In this document: positions 8,063-16,901 of the stretch, piece after piece
Numbering within the stretch: the stretch's first letter is position 1
Layout: each line of letters starts with the position of its first letter
Source: Gammaproteobacteria bacterium
Lineage (GTDB): Bacteria; Pseudomonadota; Gammaproteobacteria; Steroidobacterales; Foliamicaceae
DNA: 64,000 nt
Direction: 5' to 3'
NCBI GenBank assembly: GCA_965200225.1
Contig: CBDATM010000001.1
Location: forward strand, 1,681,182-1,745,181
Notes under the pieces: model-generated
Database searches by the model: none
What the model saw: only the letters and a program-made list of their open reading frames with translations
What the model was told of the DNA's origin: nothing
Position numbers and translations under genes: made by a program

Positions 8063-11060
8063 ACTCATGGGATGCGCCGCCAGCCAGCTTGCCGATCTGG
8101 TCGCAGATTGGGGAACTGCCGTGTCCTGTGCCGGGAATCAGCCAGTTGACCTCGGCGACCCGCAGTGGGTCTGGTTTGTTGAGAAAGGCGCCGTGGACCT
8201 GTTCCTGATCGAGCGTCAGGACGGGGTAGAGCGGGCGGCGCGCCAACACGCGCTGCGCGCCAGACCCGGGCAGCTCCTGCCAGGCGTTGCGCCGCAGGCA
8301 GGTCCCACCACCCTTGGCCTGATCGCCAAGGGCAGCCCGGAAACAGTATTGTGGCGCCTGCCTGCCGACCGCCTCACCGATATCGAACCGGCGACGGTGG
8401 CGGCGCGGACCGACGAGTGGCTGACAGGCATCTCCGAAATGCTGGTCCGGGACGTGCAGTACGCGCCGCGGGCGGACGCGCTCGTCGATCCGGGACAGTT
8501 CGTCGAGCGTAGCGAGGGCACGGTGTCGGCGCGGCGCGGAGTTGCCTGGGTGTCGGCGCCGCCAGCGGGCTCGGGACTGTTTCTGGGCGTAACGGACCCG
8601 GTCGCTGAGATGCCTAGGGCCAGACCCGGCGCACAGCGTCCGTCCGCCGCCGGAGACCCGCAGGAGAGCGCGCCGCAGTCCGAAGTCGCCGGAAGATTCG
8701 TGGCGCTCACGCCGTCCAGTTGGCTGACCCTGACTGGTCCGGTACGGCTATCAGCCTGCTCCACCGAGACCCTGGCGAAAGAAGGCCGCCTGCTGGCCGC
8801 CTTGGCGGATTTCTACGCCGTGGCATTGTCCGCGGAACGGCTCAATCGAATGCTGGCGGTAGTCGATCAGACAAATGAGGAACGAGCCAGAGTCAGCAGC
8901 CGGCGGACTGCGGAGGATAGTGCCCGCCGTCGGCTGCTCGGCGTGGGCGGGCGCTCGCAGGAATGGGATGCGACCGCGGGGGACTCCGTCCTCCTGGAAG
9001 CGCTGCGGATCGTCGGGCGTCACGCAGGCATTTCTTTCAGGATGTCCGAAGCAACGGAACTCACCAACCCCGTCGCTCTCCTGCGTTATATTCTGGATGT
9101 GTCCGGGGTGCGCGGCCGCCGGGTGCGACTGGTTGCCGAAGACCGCTGGTGGCTTGGCGACAGCGGTGCCATGCTGGCTTTCCGGGCCGGTGACGAGCAG
9201 CCCGTTGCGTTGCTGCCGGGCCCGCTGGGACGCTATCGGGAAGTTGACCCCGTAACGGGGCGTTGCAGGCCGATCTCAGCCGCGCGCGCGGCTGAGATCG
9301 GAGCCAGCGCGTGGGCGTTCCACCGCCCCCTGCCTGCAGGCCGCGTCGGCCTGTGGAAGCTGCTCCGGTTTGCAGGGCAAGGAATGCTCGGCGATGTTGC
9401 GCGATTCGTAGCCCCCGGGGTGCTCGGCGGACTCCTGATGGTGTTGCCGGCCGTGATGCTGGGCTTCGTAGTTGCCGACGTCATCCCTGCCGGCTCCAAC
9501 GGCCTGCTGCACACGGCGGCCGCCATGGTGGCGGCAGGCGCGATCATCGGGGGGTTGCTCCATCTTCTCCAGCAGATGGCGCTGATGCGCCTGGAAGGAC
9601 GAGCCACGTCGCGCGTTGAAGCCGCATTCTGGGACCGTCTGCTACGGTTGCCCGGGCGTCTGCTGCGCCGCTATCCGACTGGAGACTTGGCCATGCGCGG
9701 CATGACCTTCCAGCAACTCCGCGACGTTCTGCAAAACGTGGTGGGCAATGCGTTTCTGTCGGTGGTCTTTCTGCTGCCGGCCTATCTCGTCATCTATCTC
9801 TACGATGCCGCGCTCGGCGGCGTATCCCTGGCCTTCGGCATACTGTCGCTGTCGGTTACGCTGATCTTCGGGCTGCGGCAGTTCGCCCCTCAGGCTCGCG
9901 TGTTGCGGGCCACTCACCGAGTGGCTGCCGGGCTGTTCCAGCTTTTGAACGGCGTATCCAAGCTGCGCGCCGAGGGCGCGGAAGGTTCGGCGTTCGCGGC
10001 CTGGGCGCAAGATTACCGAAAGCAGAAAGAGGCCGAACTGGAGGTCGGCGCCTTGGAGGCGCACCTGCACGGGCTCGGAGCGGCCCTGCCTCTGCTGGCT
10101 GGAGCGGTCCTGTTGACGGAGGCGACGTTGACGGGCGCCGGAACGGTAACGATCTCCGACTTCCTGGTTGTTTTCGCAGCGTTCCTGGGGTTTCAGGCGG
10201 CGGCGACCCGCTTGAATGCATCGTTCACCTCGCTGGCCGCCCTCCGCCCGGCCTTGGAGCGAGTGCGGCCGTTCCTTGAGGAATCCGCCGCCGAAGACGC
10301 CGAGGGCGAACCCGTAGAACGCCTGGGCGGGGAGATTCTGTTCGACCACATCAGTTTCAGCTACGACCCGGACGGTCCGCTGGTTCTCGACGACGTTTCG
10401 ATGCGCGTCCAGCCTGGCGAGTTCGTCGCCATCGCGGGCGAATCGGGCGCAGGCAAGAGCACCCTTCTGCGGCTCGCGCTGGGCCTGGACCAGCCATCTG
10501 CCGGAGTGGTGTACTACGATGGCCGCGATCTGAGACAACTCAACGCGAGGCAGCTACGTCGGCAGCTCGGCGTTGTGCCGCAGGACGTGCGGCTCCAGCC
10601 GGTGGATATCCTGGACAATATTGCCGGAGCGCAGGAAGAGGAAGGCGCGAAGGATGTCTGGCAGAGCGCTTGGCAGGCGGCGCGGGTGGCGAACGTGGAC
10701 CGTACGATAGCAACGATGCCGATGGGGATGCTGACGGCGGTCGGGATCAGCGGCGCCGAGGCCTCGGGGGGCGAGAGCCAGCGCATCACCATCGCTGGCG
10801 CGCTGGCGCGCAACCCCCGCATCCTGCTGCTGGACGAAGCGACCAACTGGCTCGACAACGATAGCCAAGCCGCGGTAATGCGCAACCTTGCCGACCTGTC
10901 CGCCACGCGGATCATCATCGCCCACCGCCTCTCCACCTTGCGTCTGGTGGATCGCATCTACGTGATGCAGGCGGGGAAGGTGGTTCAGGCCGGAACATTC
11001 AAGGAACTGGAGGCAACCGAGGGAGCTTTCCGCGACCTTGTGCGCCGCCAGATGGCCTGA
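8046..11060 (+). CDS. Second NHLM-system ABC transporter (no peptidase; N-terminal cNMP-binding-like domain)
   Basis: 1004 aa from TTG 8046. An alternative ATG at 8067 lies 5 nt after the upstream stop. The long N-terminal extension is followed by a TM domain, Walker A GESGAGKST, signature ASGGESQRITIAGAL and Walker B ILLLDEATNWLD. Confidence 0.85.
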   Translation: MSAPVELMGCAASQLADLVADWGTAVSCAGNQPVDLGDPQWVWFVEKGAVDLFLIERQDGVERAARQHALRARPGQLLPGVAPQAGPTTLGLIAKGSPETVLWRLPADRLTDIEPATVAARTDEWLTGISEMLVRDVQYAPRADALVDPGQFVERSEGTVSARRGVAWVSAPPAGSGLFLGVTDPVAEMPRARPGAQRPSAAGDPQESAPQSEVAGRFVALTPSSWLTLTGPVRLSACSTETLAKEGRLLAALADFYAVALSAERLNRMLAVVDQTNEERARVSSRRTAEDSARRRLLGVGGRSQEWDATAGDSVLLEALRIVGRHAGISFRMSEATELTNPVALLRYILDVSGVRGRRVRLVAEDRWWLGDSGAMLAFRAGDEQPVALLPGPLGRYREVDPVTGRCRPISAARAAEIGASAWAFHRPLPAGRVGLWKLLRFAGQGMLGDVARFVAPGVLGGLLMVLPAVMLGFVVADVIPAGSNGLLHTAAAMVAAGAIIGGLLHLLQQMALMRLEGRATSRVEAAFWDRLLRLPGRLLRRYPTGDLAMRGMTFQQLRDVLQNVVGNAFLSVVFLLPAYLVIYLYDAALGGVSLAFGILSLSVTLIFGLRQFAPQARVLRATHRVAAGLFQLLNGVSKLRAEGAEGSAFAAWAQDYRKQKEAELEVGALEAHLHGLGAALPLLAGAVLLTEATLTGAGTVTISDFLVVFAAFLGFQAAATRLNASFTSLAALRPALERVRPFLEESAAEDAEGEPVERLGGEILFDHISFSYDPDGPLVLDDVSMRVQPGEFVAIAGESGAGKSTLLRLALGLDQPSAGVVYYDGRDLRQLNARQLRRQLGVVPQDVRLQPVDILDNIAGAQEEEGAKDVWQSAWQAARVANVDRTIATMPMGMLTAVGISGAEASGGESQRITIAGALARNPRILLLDEATNWLDNDSQAAVMRNLADLSATRIIIAHRLSTLRLVDRIYVMQAGKVVQAGTFKELEATEGAFRDLVRRQMA

Positions 11061-11094
11061 TCGGCCGCTGGCGGGGATCAGGAAGAATCAGGCC

Positions 11095-12240
11095 GTGGAC
11101 CAATGTGAGCGGTTGGACCTTGCCGAAGAGCGTCTTGTCCGCGAGGCAAATTCGCTGGGCGCGCTGCTCGACGGTCTGCGACAGCGCTGGTCTCCCGCAC
11201 TCATCAATGACACCGAATGGGCGCGGCTGATGGAGCGGGCGCGGGCGTTTCCCGCGACCATGGCCTCCTGCCTGTTCGGGTTCGAGTTGCCGCTCCATGA
11301 CGCTCGGCCGCGAGCGGACCTGGGCGTCGGTCTCAACAGCGGGAGTCGTTCGGCTGCATCGTTCTGCGGCGCGGCGCGGCCGGAAGACGAAGACGCGGAA
11401 CCTTGCAAGAGGCGTCTGGCCGCCCTGCTGGCCACGGCGCAACAGCCGGATTCCGCTCTCTGTCGAGTCGGCGGGCGGCGACCCCATTTCATGCTGGAGT
11501 ACGACATCGGGTCGGCTCAAGGCGCCGCCCCGGACCCGGGCATCTTCTTCTACCCGATGCAGGATCGCGTGACTGCGGGCGGTCCGGCAGGCGAGTGGCC
11601 ACAGGACCTCGGGGCGGCGGCCCGCTCCGTCGCTGCGGCTGTCGGCAGACCCATGGACGACCGTGCCGGTCGCCGGATTGAGCAGCTTTGCCTGACGATG
11701 CCGCCCGGCGCATCCATTGGCTCGGTGGGGGCCTTTCCGGTGCGCGGCGCCGACGTACGGTTGGCCGTGATGGGATTCCGGCGCGCAGACAAACTTGCCG
11801 CCTTCCTCGACCGCGCCGGATGGACAGGGCAGCGCGCGGTGGTTGCCGACACGGCATCATCAATGGCGCTGCTTGGCGCCCACGGACGCGTGGGGCTCAA
11901 CATTGATGTGCTTGCCGACGGCTTGGGGGCGCGGCTGGGACTGAGCTTTTACGTCGATCCGTGGCCTTGGGCCCGCCGCCAGTGGCGCGGGCTGCTTGAT
12001 TACGCGCGCCACACCGGCTTGGCGGTTCCGGCGAAACTGGACGCGCTCGGCGATGCACTGCCACCGATGGACATGCTCTTGGGTCGCAGCGGCTCCTTTC
12101 AACTCCTGCACGGCATCCACCACGTCAAATTCGTGGTGGATGCCGAACGCATCACCGAGATCAAGGCCTATGACCTCCTGATGCTGCGTCCTTTTCTTGA
12201 CCGGGCGGCGCAGCCGCCCGGTCAAGACCCCGTGCCCTAA
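11095..12240 (+). CDS. Hypothetical protein of the RiPP locus (no family recognised)
   Basis: The ORF is open from 11038. GTG 11095 is preceded by AGGAAG with a 9-nt spacer. No motif I can assign with confidence. Its stop codon overlaps the stop of the convergent precursor A (CTAA at 12237-12240). Confidence 0.5.
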   Translation: MDQCERLDLAEERLVREANSLGALLDGLRQRWSPALINDTEWARLMERARAFPATMASCLFGFELPLHDARPRADLGVGLNSGSRSAASFCGAARPEDEDAEPCKRRLAALLATAQQPDSALCRVGGRRPHFMLEYDIGSAQGAAPDPGIFFYPMQDRVTAGGPAGEWPQDLGAAARSVAAAVGRPMDDRAGRRIEQLCLTMPPGASIGSVGAFPVRGADVRLAVMGFRRADKLAAFLDRAGWTGQRAVVADTASSMALLGAHGRVGLNIDVLADGLGARLGLSFYVDPWPWARRQWRGLLDYARHTGLAVPAKLDALGDALPPMDMLLGRSGSFQLLHGIHHVKFVVDAERITEIKAYDLLMLRPFLDRAAQPPGQDPVP

Positions 12241-12509
12241 GAGCAGCCGCTAAAATAGCTGCCGGAGACGCTCTCGAGTTGTTCCTCGTCGAGGTCGGGC
12301 AGCGGCGGCAGGGCGAGATGGGCGTTTTGCATGTCGCCCTCATGCACATGCACATTCATGCCTTCGGGCACGTCAACGCCGAATTCGCGGCTGATCACGG
12401 CCTTGGGGTCGGCCACCAACTCCGCGCGGAATTCAACGCTCTCGATTGACTTCTCGACGATCTGCTTGTAGAGATTCTCCGTCGTGGTCATCATGCTTTC
12501 GATGCTCAT
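12237..12509 (-). CDS. NHLP-leader RiPP precursor A (core YFSGCS)
   Basis: 90 aa. The NHLP-type leader is SVEFRAELVADPKAVISREFGVDVPEGMNVHVHEGDMQNAHLALPPLPDLDEEQLESVSG, followed by S-YFSGCS-stop. The RBS is AAGGAG, 8 nt before the ATG. The gene is divergent from the cyclodehydratase. Confidence 0.9.
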   Translation of the reverse strand: MSIESMMTTTENLYKQIVEKSIESVEFRAELVADPKAVISREFGVDVPEGMNVHVHEGDMQNAHLALPPLPDLDEEQLESVSGSYFSGCS

Positions 12510-12796
12510 AATTTTTCTCCTTTATTCAGTATGTCAAATAAACAAGGCTCGGATTAACAAGCGCATGTCGCTTGCCAACATGCCTCGCGCCAAACCTCTG
12601 CCGCCTATCATACTCCATTCCACTCCTCCCCCGATGCTTGGCAATATCAACAAGGATCGCGCGGCAACGTGCTGAACGCAGGCGAACGCAGCGGACACTA
12701 TGCCGGGCATGTAATTAGGTGAGATAATCGGGTTGCGAGGAACCAAGGATTGGGGCCAGCAAGCGTCGCGCGCCAGACGGCGTGGAGGAGGAACCG

Positions 12797-15118
12797 ATGC
12801 AAAGACAGGTGTCAGAGGCGGGCTGGGGCGCAGGGCGGGGGATTCTGAAGCGGACCACCGCGGCCGACCGCGGGCTTGTGGAGACGCCGTCGCTGACCCC
12901 GCACCTTGATTTCTTTGCGGTTGAAGCAGGGCGGACGCTGCTGGTTTCCGAGAGCTTCAACACGTTGATCCGCGGGCAGGTCCACCAGGACCTGCTGCCG
13001 CTGCTCGACGGCCGCTCCCGGCAGGCCGTGGCGGCCGCGCTCGCCGGCCGCCACGCGGCCGCGGACGTGGCGTCGGCGCTGGCGTCGCTGGCGTCGCGCG
13101 GCTACGTTGTCTCGGGCGACTACGCCATGGACCGGGGCCGGGCGGCGTTCTGGTCGGCGCTGGGCGCCTCGCCGCGCTGGGCGGAGCAGCGCCTGCGGAA
13201 TGCGCGGGTGGCCGCGCTCGGCGACGAAGGGCGCCTTGCCCGGCGCCTCGGGGACCTGGGGGCGCCGGCCGCCGCCGACGGCCGGACTTTGCGGGTCACG
13301 GTCTGCGGCGACTATCTGGACAGCTGTCACGCCGGCCTCAACCGGCGCCGGATCGCGTCCGGCGAGCCGTGGATGCTGCTGGCGCCGGAAGGCGGCCGTC
13401 CGCTGTTTGGGCCGGTTTTCCAGCCAGCCGGGCAAGGACCGTGCTGGGCCTGCCTCGCCCATCGCCTGCGGGGGCATCGCGAAGTTCACGAGTTCGCGCG
13501 CCGGATTGCCGGCAGCGGCTGTGTTCCGGCGCCGAAGGCGTCCGAGCCGGTCGTGGTGGAAGCGGTGTACGATCTGGCCGCCGCCGAGATCGCCAAGTGG
13601 CTGGTCTTCGACTCGCTGGCGCCGCTGCACGAGAACGTCATCTCGCTGGACGTGCTCGGCTTGCAAAGCGCGCGGCATTTTCTGGCGCGCCGCCCGCAGT
13701 GCCGCGTTTGCGGGGACGCGGCGCTGTATCGCCCCGACCGTCCGCCAGCGCCCGTGCGGCTGCGGCCAAGTCCCAAGCGCGCGCGCAGCAGCGGCGGCGC
13801 GCGCTCGGTTCCTCCTGAAGCGACCCTGGCGCGTTACCGGCATCTGATCAGCCCGGTAACCGGCGTGGTTTCCTGGCTTGAGCGGGCGACCGGCGAGACC
13901 GATCCGTGGTCGCATGTGTACTACGCCCGGGGCACCTTGGCGCCGCAGGGCGTCAGCGACCTGGGAATGCTGCGCCGCCGCCTGGGGATGACCAGCGCAG
14001 GCAAGGGCAGCACCGCGAGGCAATCCCGGGCGAGCGCCCTGGGCGAGGCGGTCGAGCGCTGCAGCGGAGTCTTTCATGGCGACGAAATCCGCTGCCGCCG
14101 CAGTTACTCGGACTTTGTGGCGGCGGGCGGGTCCGAAGCCATTCACCCCAACGAAGTGCAGTTGTTCAGCGATCGGCAGTTCGACGAACGCGAACGCCGC
14201 AACGCCGCCGCCCGGCAGCACAACCTGATTCCGGAGCGCCTCGACCCCGACGCGAAAATCGACTGGTCGCCGGTCTGGTCGCTGACGCAGGAGCGCCACC
14301 GGTACCTGCCAACGTCGCTCTTGTACTACTTCGGAGCGCCGGCGAGCGCGTTCCAGTTTCGGGCTGATTCGAACGGTTGCGCGGCGGGCAACACCCTGGA
14401 AGAGGCGATTCTCCAGGGATTCTTCGAGCTGGCGGAACGCGACGCCTTCGCGATCTGGTGGTATAACCGGTTGCGCCTGCCCGGCGTGGACCTGGAGAGC
14501 TTCGCGGACGACTTCCTGTCGTCGGCAGCGGAATACTACCGCGGCCGCCGGCGCAGCCTCTGGGCGCTGGACGCGACCAGCGACCTCGGCATTCCGGTGT
14601 TCGTCGCCCTCTCCCGGCGCGCTGATCGCAAAACGGCCGGCCACGACGAGATCATGTACGGGATAGGGGCGCACGCCGAACCGCGCATCGCGATTCTGCG
14701 CGCCGTATGCGAACTGAATCAGATGATCTCCTTTTTCGACATCAGCGCCCCCAGGAGCGATGGCCGGTGGCGGCCCTGGGACCGGCCGGTCAAGCTGGCG
14801 GACAACCCGTGGCTGACGCCGGCTCCCGGCGTCGCCCTGCGCGGCCGCTGGGATCACGCCGTTGCCGCCGAAGATGACGCGCGGGAAGACATTGAGCGCT
14901 GCCGGGCGCTGGTCGAAGCCAAGGGGCTGGAGTTGCTGGTCCTCGACCAGACCCGGCCCGACATCGGCATGCCGGTGGCGCGGGTCATTGTGCCCGGCCT
15001 CCGTCACTTCTGGCGGCGGTTAGCGCCGGGCCGCCTGTACGATGTGCCGGTCAGGACGGGGCAGCGCCCCGCCCCGAGCTCGGAGGGCGATCTCAACCCC
15101 CTTCCGGTCCTGGTCTGA
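12797..15118 (+). CDS. Fused TOMM cyclodehydratase, copy 1 (E1/ThiF-like SagC-type N-terminus + YcaO/SagD domain)
   Basis: The ORF is open from 12782. ATG 12797 follows GGAGGAGGAA. The N-terminal half shows GPCWACLAHRLRGHREVHEF and RRPQCRVCGD. The YcaO half shows SAGKGSTARQSRASALGEAVERCSG and NGCAAGNTLEEAILQGFFELAERDAFAIWWYN. Confidence 0.9.
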   Translation: MQRQVSEAGWGAGRGILKRTTAADRGLVETPSLTPHLDFFAVEAGRTLLVSESFNTLIRGQVHQDLLPLLDGRSRQAVAAALAGRHAAADVASALASLASRGYVVSGDYAMDRGRAAFWSALGASPRWAEQRLRNARVAALGDEGRLARRLGDLGAPAAADGRTLRVTVCGDYLDSCHAGLNRRRIASGEPWMLLAPEGGRPLFGPVFQPAGQGPCWACLAHRLRGHREVHEFARRIAGSGCVPAPKASEPVVVEAVYDLAAAEIAKWLVFDSLAPLHENVISLDVLGLQSARHFLARRPQCRVCGDAALYRPDRPPAPVRLRPSPKRARSSGGARSVPPEATLARYRHLISPVTGVVSWLERATGETDPWSHVYYARGTLAPQGVSDLGMLRRRLGMTSAGKGSTARQSRASALGEAVERCSGVFHGDEIRCRRSYSDFVAAGGSEAIHPNEVQLFSDRQFDERERRNAAARQHNLIPERLDPDAKIDWSPVWSLTQERHRYLPTSLLYYFGAPASAFQFRADSNGCAAGNTLEEAILQGFFELAERDAFAIWWYNRLRLPGVDLESFADDFLSSAAEYYRGRRRSLWALDATSDLGIPVFVALSRRADRKTAGHDEIMYGIGAHAEPRIAILRAVCELNQMISFFDISAPRSDGRWRPWDRPVKLADNPWLTPAPGVALRGRWDHAVAAEDDAREDIERCRALVEAKGLELLVLDQTRPDIGMPVARVIVPGLRHFWRRLAPGRLYDVPVRTGQRPAPSSEGDLNPLPVLV

Positions 15119-15132
15119 AGGACGTTCTGCCG

Positions 15133-16515
15133 ATGCCCCTCAGCGACCTGCTTCACGAGCCGTCAATCCATGTTCGCACATGGGGCCGATCGGCGATCAG
15201 CCATTCTCGCTACAGCTCCTCGTTCGTAGGCTCGATCCGGAATAACCCGGTGCGGCTGGGTCCGTACGGCCGCGATTTCGAGGCGGCCCACAACCTGCTT
15301 GTGGCGGGCGCACCGCTTGCCGAACTCCACGCTGCCGTCGTCGAGGGGGGCAGCGTGGAGCGCGCCGCCGAGTACCTGGTTTGGCTGGAGCGGTTCAATC
15401 GGTTCGGGGGCATTGAGTTCCCGCTGGTCGACGAGACGGGCGAACGCGCCGTCATCCTCCCGCAGCAGGACACGTTCGTGCCTACCATGGCGCCGGACGC
15501 TCCGGCCGCCAGTACCTCGCTCGAACGCTTTGCCTTTTTGCGGCGCGGGAACGACGCGTGGCTGCTGGAGTCGCCCCTGGTTGGCGCGCAAGTTCAGCTT
15601 GTCGACCTCGCCGCGCTTGATAGCGATGTCGTCCGTCGCGCGCTTAACGGGATGGGCTTTCTCGATGCGGCCCGGCCGGACAGCGATGCGCGTCGTATTG
15701 CGCTCGCCCAGTGGGAGTTCCACGATCTGCTGTTCCACACCCGTGAGCGGCGCGGGTGGAATCGTGAACCGGCTGGCGCCGCGTTCCCGTTCATCGACCA
15801 GATCGAGCCGCTGCCTGCAGTGCGGCCGGCCTGGCCCGGCAAGCGCATCGCCCTGCCTCGCGCTCCGGATGCCGTCGCGGGGGAGCCCTTCGCGGCGGTG
15901 CTCGCACGGCGTTGCTCCGAGCGGGCGTACGATGCAGCCCACCCGATCACGCTGGCCGATCTCGGCGCGCTGCTCGACCGCGCCGCGCGCATCCGCTCGT
16001 CCATGGCGCATCCGGTACGCGACATCAAGGGTCGAACCGCCGAATTCGAAATCACTTTTCGTCCCTATCCTACGGGCGGCGCGAGCCACGAGCTGGAGAT
16101 CTATCCGATTGTGGACTTTTGCGTCGGACTCAAATCCGGTTGCTATCACTACGATGCGTCCGCCCACGAGTTGGTGCGGATCTCGGAGCGTACCCGGGAG
16201 ATCGACAAACTTCTGCGGTTTGCGCGGAGCGCAACGGCTGATCTGGCCCGGCCGCAGATTCTGCTGGGCGTAACGGCGCGCTTCGCTCGCGTCATGTGGA
16301 AGTACCGGGCGTTCTGTTACGCCATGATCCTGCGCGACACCGGGGCACTCTACCAGACGCTGTATCTCGCAGCCACCGAACTCGGCTTGTCGCCTTGCGC
16401 CATCGGCAGCGGCAACAGCCTCCTGTTCTCGCAAGTCACCGGTCTCGACCCGCTGATCGAGGGCAATGTCGGCGAGTTCATTCTCGGCGGCCGACCTGCA
16501 GCGTCCGCATCCTGA
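15133..16515 (+). CDS. SagB-type FMN-dependent azoline dehydrogenase, copy 1
   Basis: 460 aa. The nitroreductase-fold C-terminal half shows RRCSERAYD...FRPYPTGGASHELEIYP...LYLAATELGLSPCAIGSG. It starts 14 nt after the cyclodehydratase stop. Confidence 0.9.
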   Translation: MPLSDLLHEPSIHVRTWGRSAISHSRYSSSFVGSIRNNPVRLGPYGRDFEAAHNLLVAGAPLAELHAAVVEGGSVERAAEYLVWLERFNRFGGIEFPLVDETGERAVILPQQDTFVPTMAPDAPAASTSLERFAFLRRGNDAWLLESPLVGAQVQLVDLAALDSDVVRRALNGMGFLDAARPDSDARRIALAQWEFHDLLFHTRERRGWNREPAGAAFPFIDQIEPLPAVRPAWPGKRIALPRAPDAVAGEPFAAVLARRCSERAYDAAHPITLADLGALLDRAARIRSSMAHPVRDIKGRTAEFEITFRPYPTGGASHELEIYPIVDFCVGLKSGCYHYDASAHELVRISERTREIDKLLRFARSATADLARPQILLGVTARFARVMWKYRAFCYAMILRDTGALYQTLYLAATELGLSPCAIGSGNSLLFSQVTGLDPLIEGNVGEFILGGRPAASAS

Positions 16516-16604
16516 CACGCGGAACTGCCCGCAGAGCCGCAAGGATTCCAGGTTGCGGGCATTTCTACCTTGCGTTGACACTTCCCCCCGCAACCCGTAC
16601 AAAA

Positions 16605-16641
16605 ATCCGGCGGCCAACGCAAACGCTGCGGGCCGCCGGAT
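16605..16641. terminator. GC-rich hairpin, bidirectional terminator-like (copy 1 of a duplicated element)
   Basis: Perfect 11-bp stem ATCCGGCGGCC (16605-16615) / GGCCGCCGGAT (16631-16641). An A5 run lies on the left and TGATTT on the right. Confidence 0.6.
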
Positions 16642-16666
16642 TGATTTGGGAGTTGAAATAGGCGGA

Positions 16667-16713
16667 TTAGAACGCCGGCCGCCAAGTTGCCCGGAAGTAG
16701 TAGAAGCCGCCAT
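16667..16713 (-). pseudogene. 47-bp relic of the 3' end of the TonB-dependent receptor gene
   Basis: Identical to 21335-21381 (stop codon plus the last 15 codons of the receptor). Homology stops abruptly at 16713/16714. Confidence 0.85.
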
Positions 16714-16875
16714 ATTGTGCCCGGCCTCCGTCACTTCTGGCGGCGGTTAGCGCCGGGCCGCCTGTACGATGTGCCGGTCAGGACGGGGCAGCGCCCCGCC
16801 CCGAACTCGGAGGGCGATCTCAACCCCCTTCCGGTCCTGATCTGAAGGACGGCCTCCCGATAGCCTTCAGCGACC
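16714..16875 (+). pseudogene. 162-bp relic of the cyclodehydratase 3' end plus the sagB 5' end
   Basis: Colinear with 14987-15148. The first ~135 nt have 2 mismatches. The last ~25 nt (intergenic spacer and the first sagB codons) have 6 mismatches. There is no upstream coding context. Confidence 0.85.
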
Positions 16876-16901
16876 GATGAGAAACGCCCTGATTCTGCGA
16901 T

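Noticed and set aside
12510-12545. TTGACA, 20 nt upstream of the precursor ATG, as the -35 element of the precursor promoter.
   Set aside because: A -10 element at the proper spacing would overlap the RBS and start codon. The real promoter must lie further upstream in the 287-bp divergent region and cannot be assigned by eye.
14332-14372. A diversity-generating retroelement or other targeted mutagenesis as the source of the hypervariable YcaO patch.
   Set aside because: There is no reverse transcriptase and no template repeat in the window. The 12 substitutions involve all four bases rather than adenine-specific changes.
12812-15007. Very long antisense ORFs opposite real genes. Examples are 12812..15007, 15163..16734, 17480..18967, 19831..21381, 6443..8068, 28405..30459, 32704..34236, 37031..38332, 40610..42073, 47523..49061, and 123..959 on the plus strand.
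   Set aside because: They are typical stop-codon-poor shadow frames of high-GC genes. Their translations are Arg/Pro/Gly/Ala-rich with no motifs, while the opposite strand carries unambiguous family motifs (YcaO, SagB, ABC, TonB receptor, GyrA, S1, UvrB, histidine kinase).
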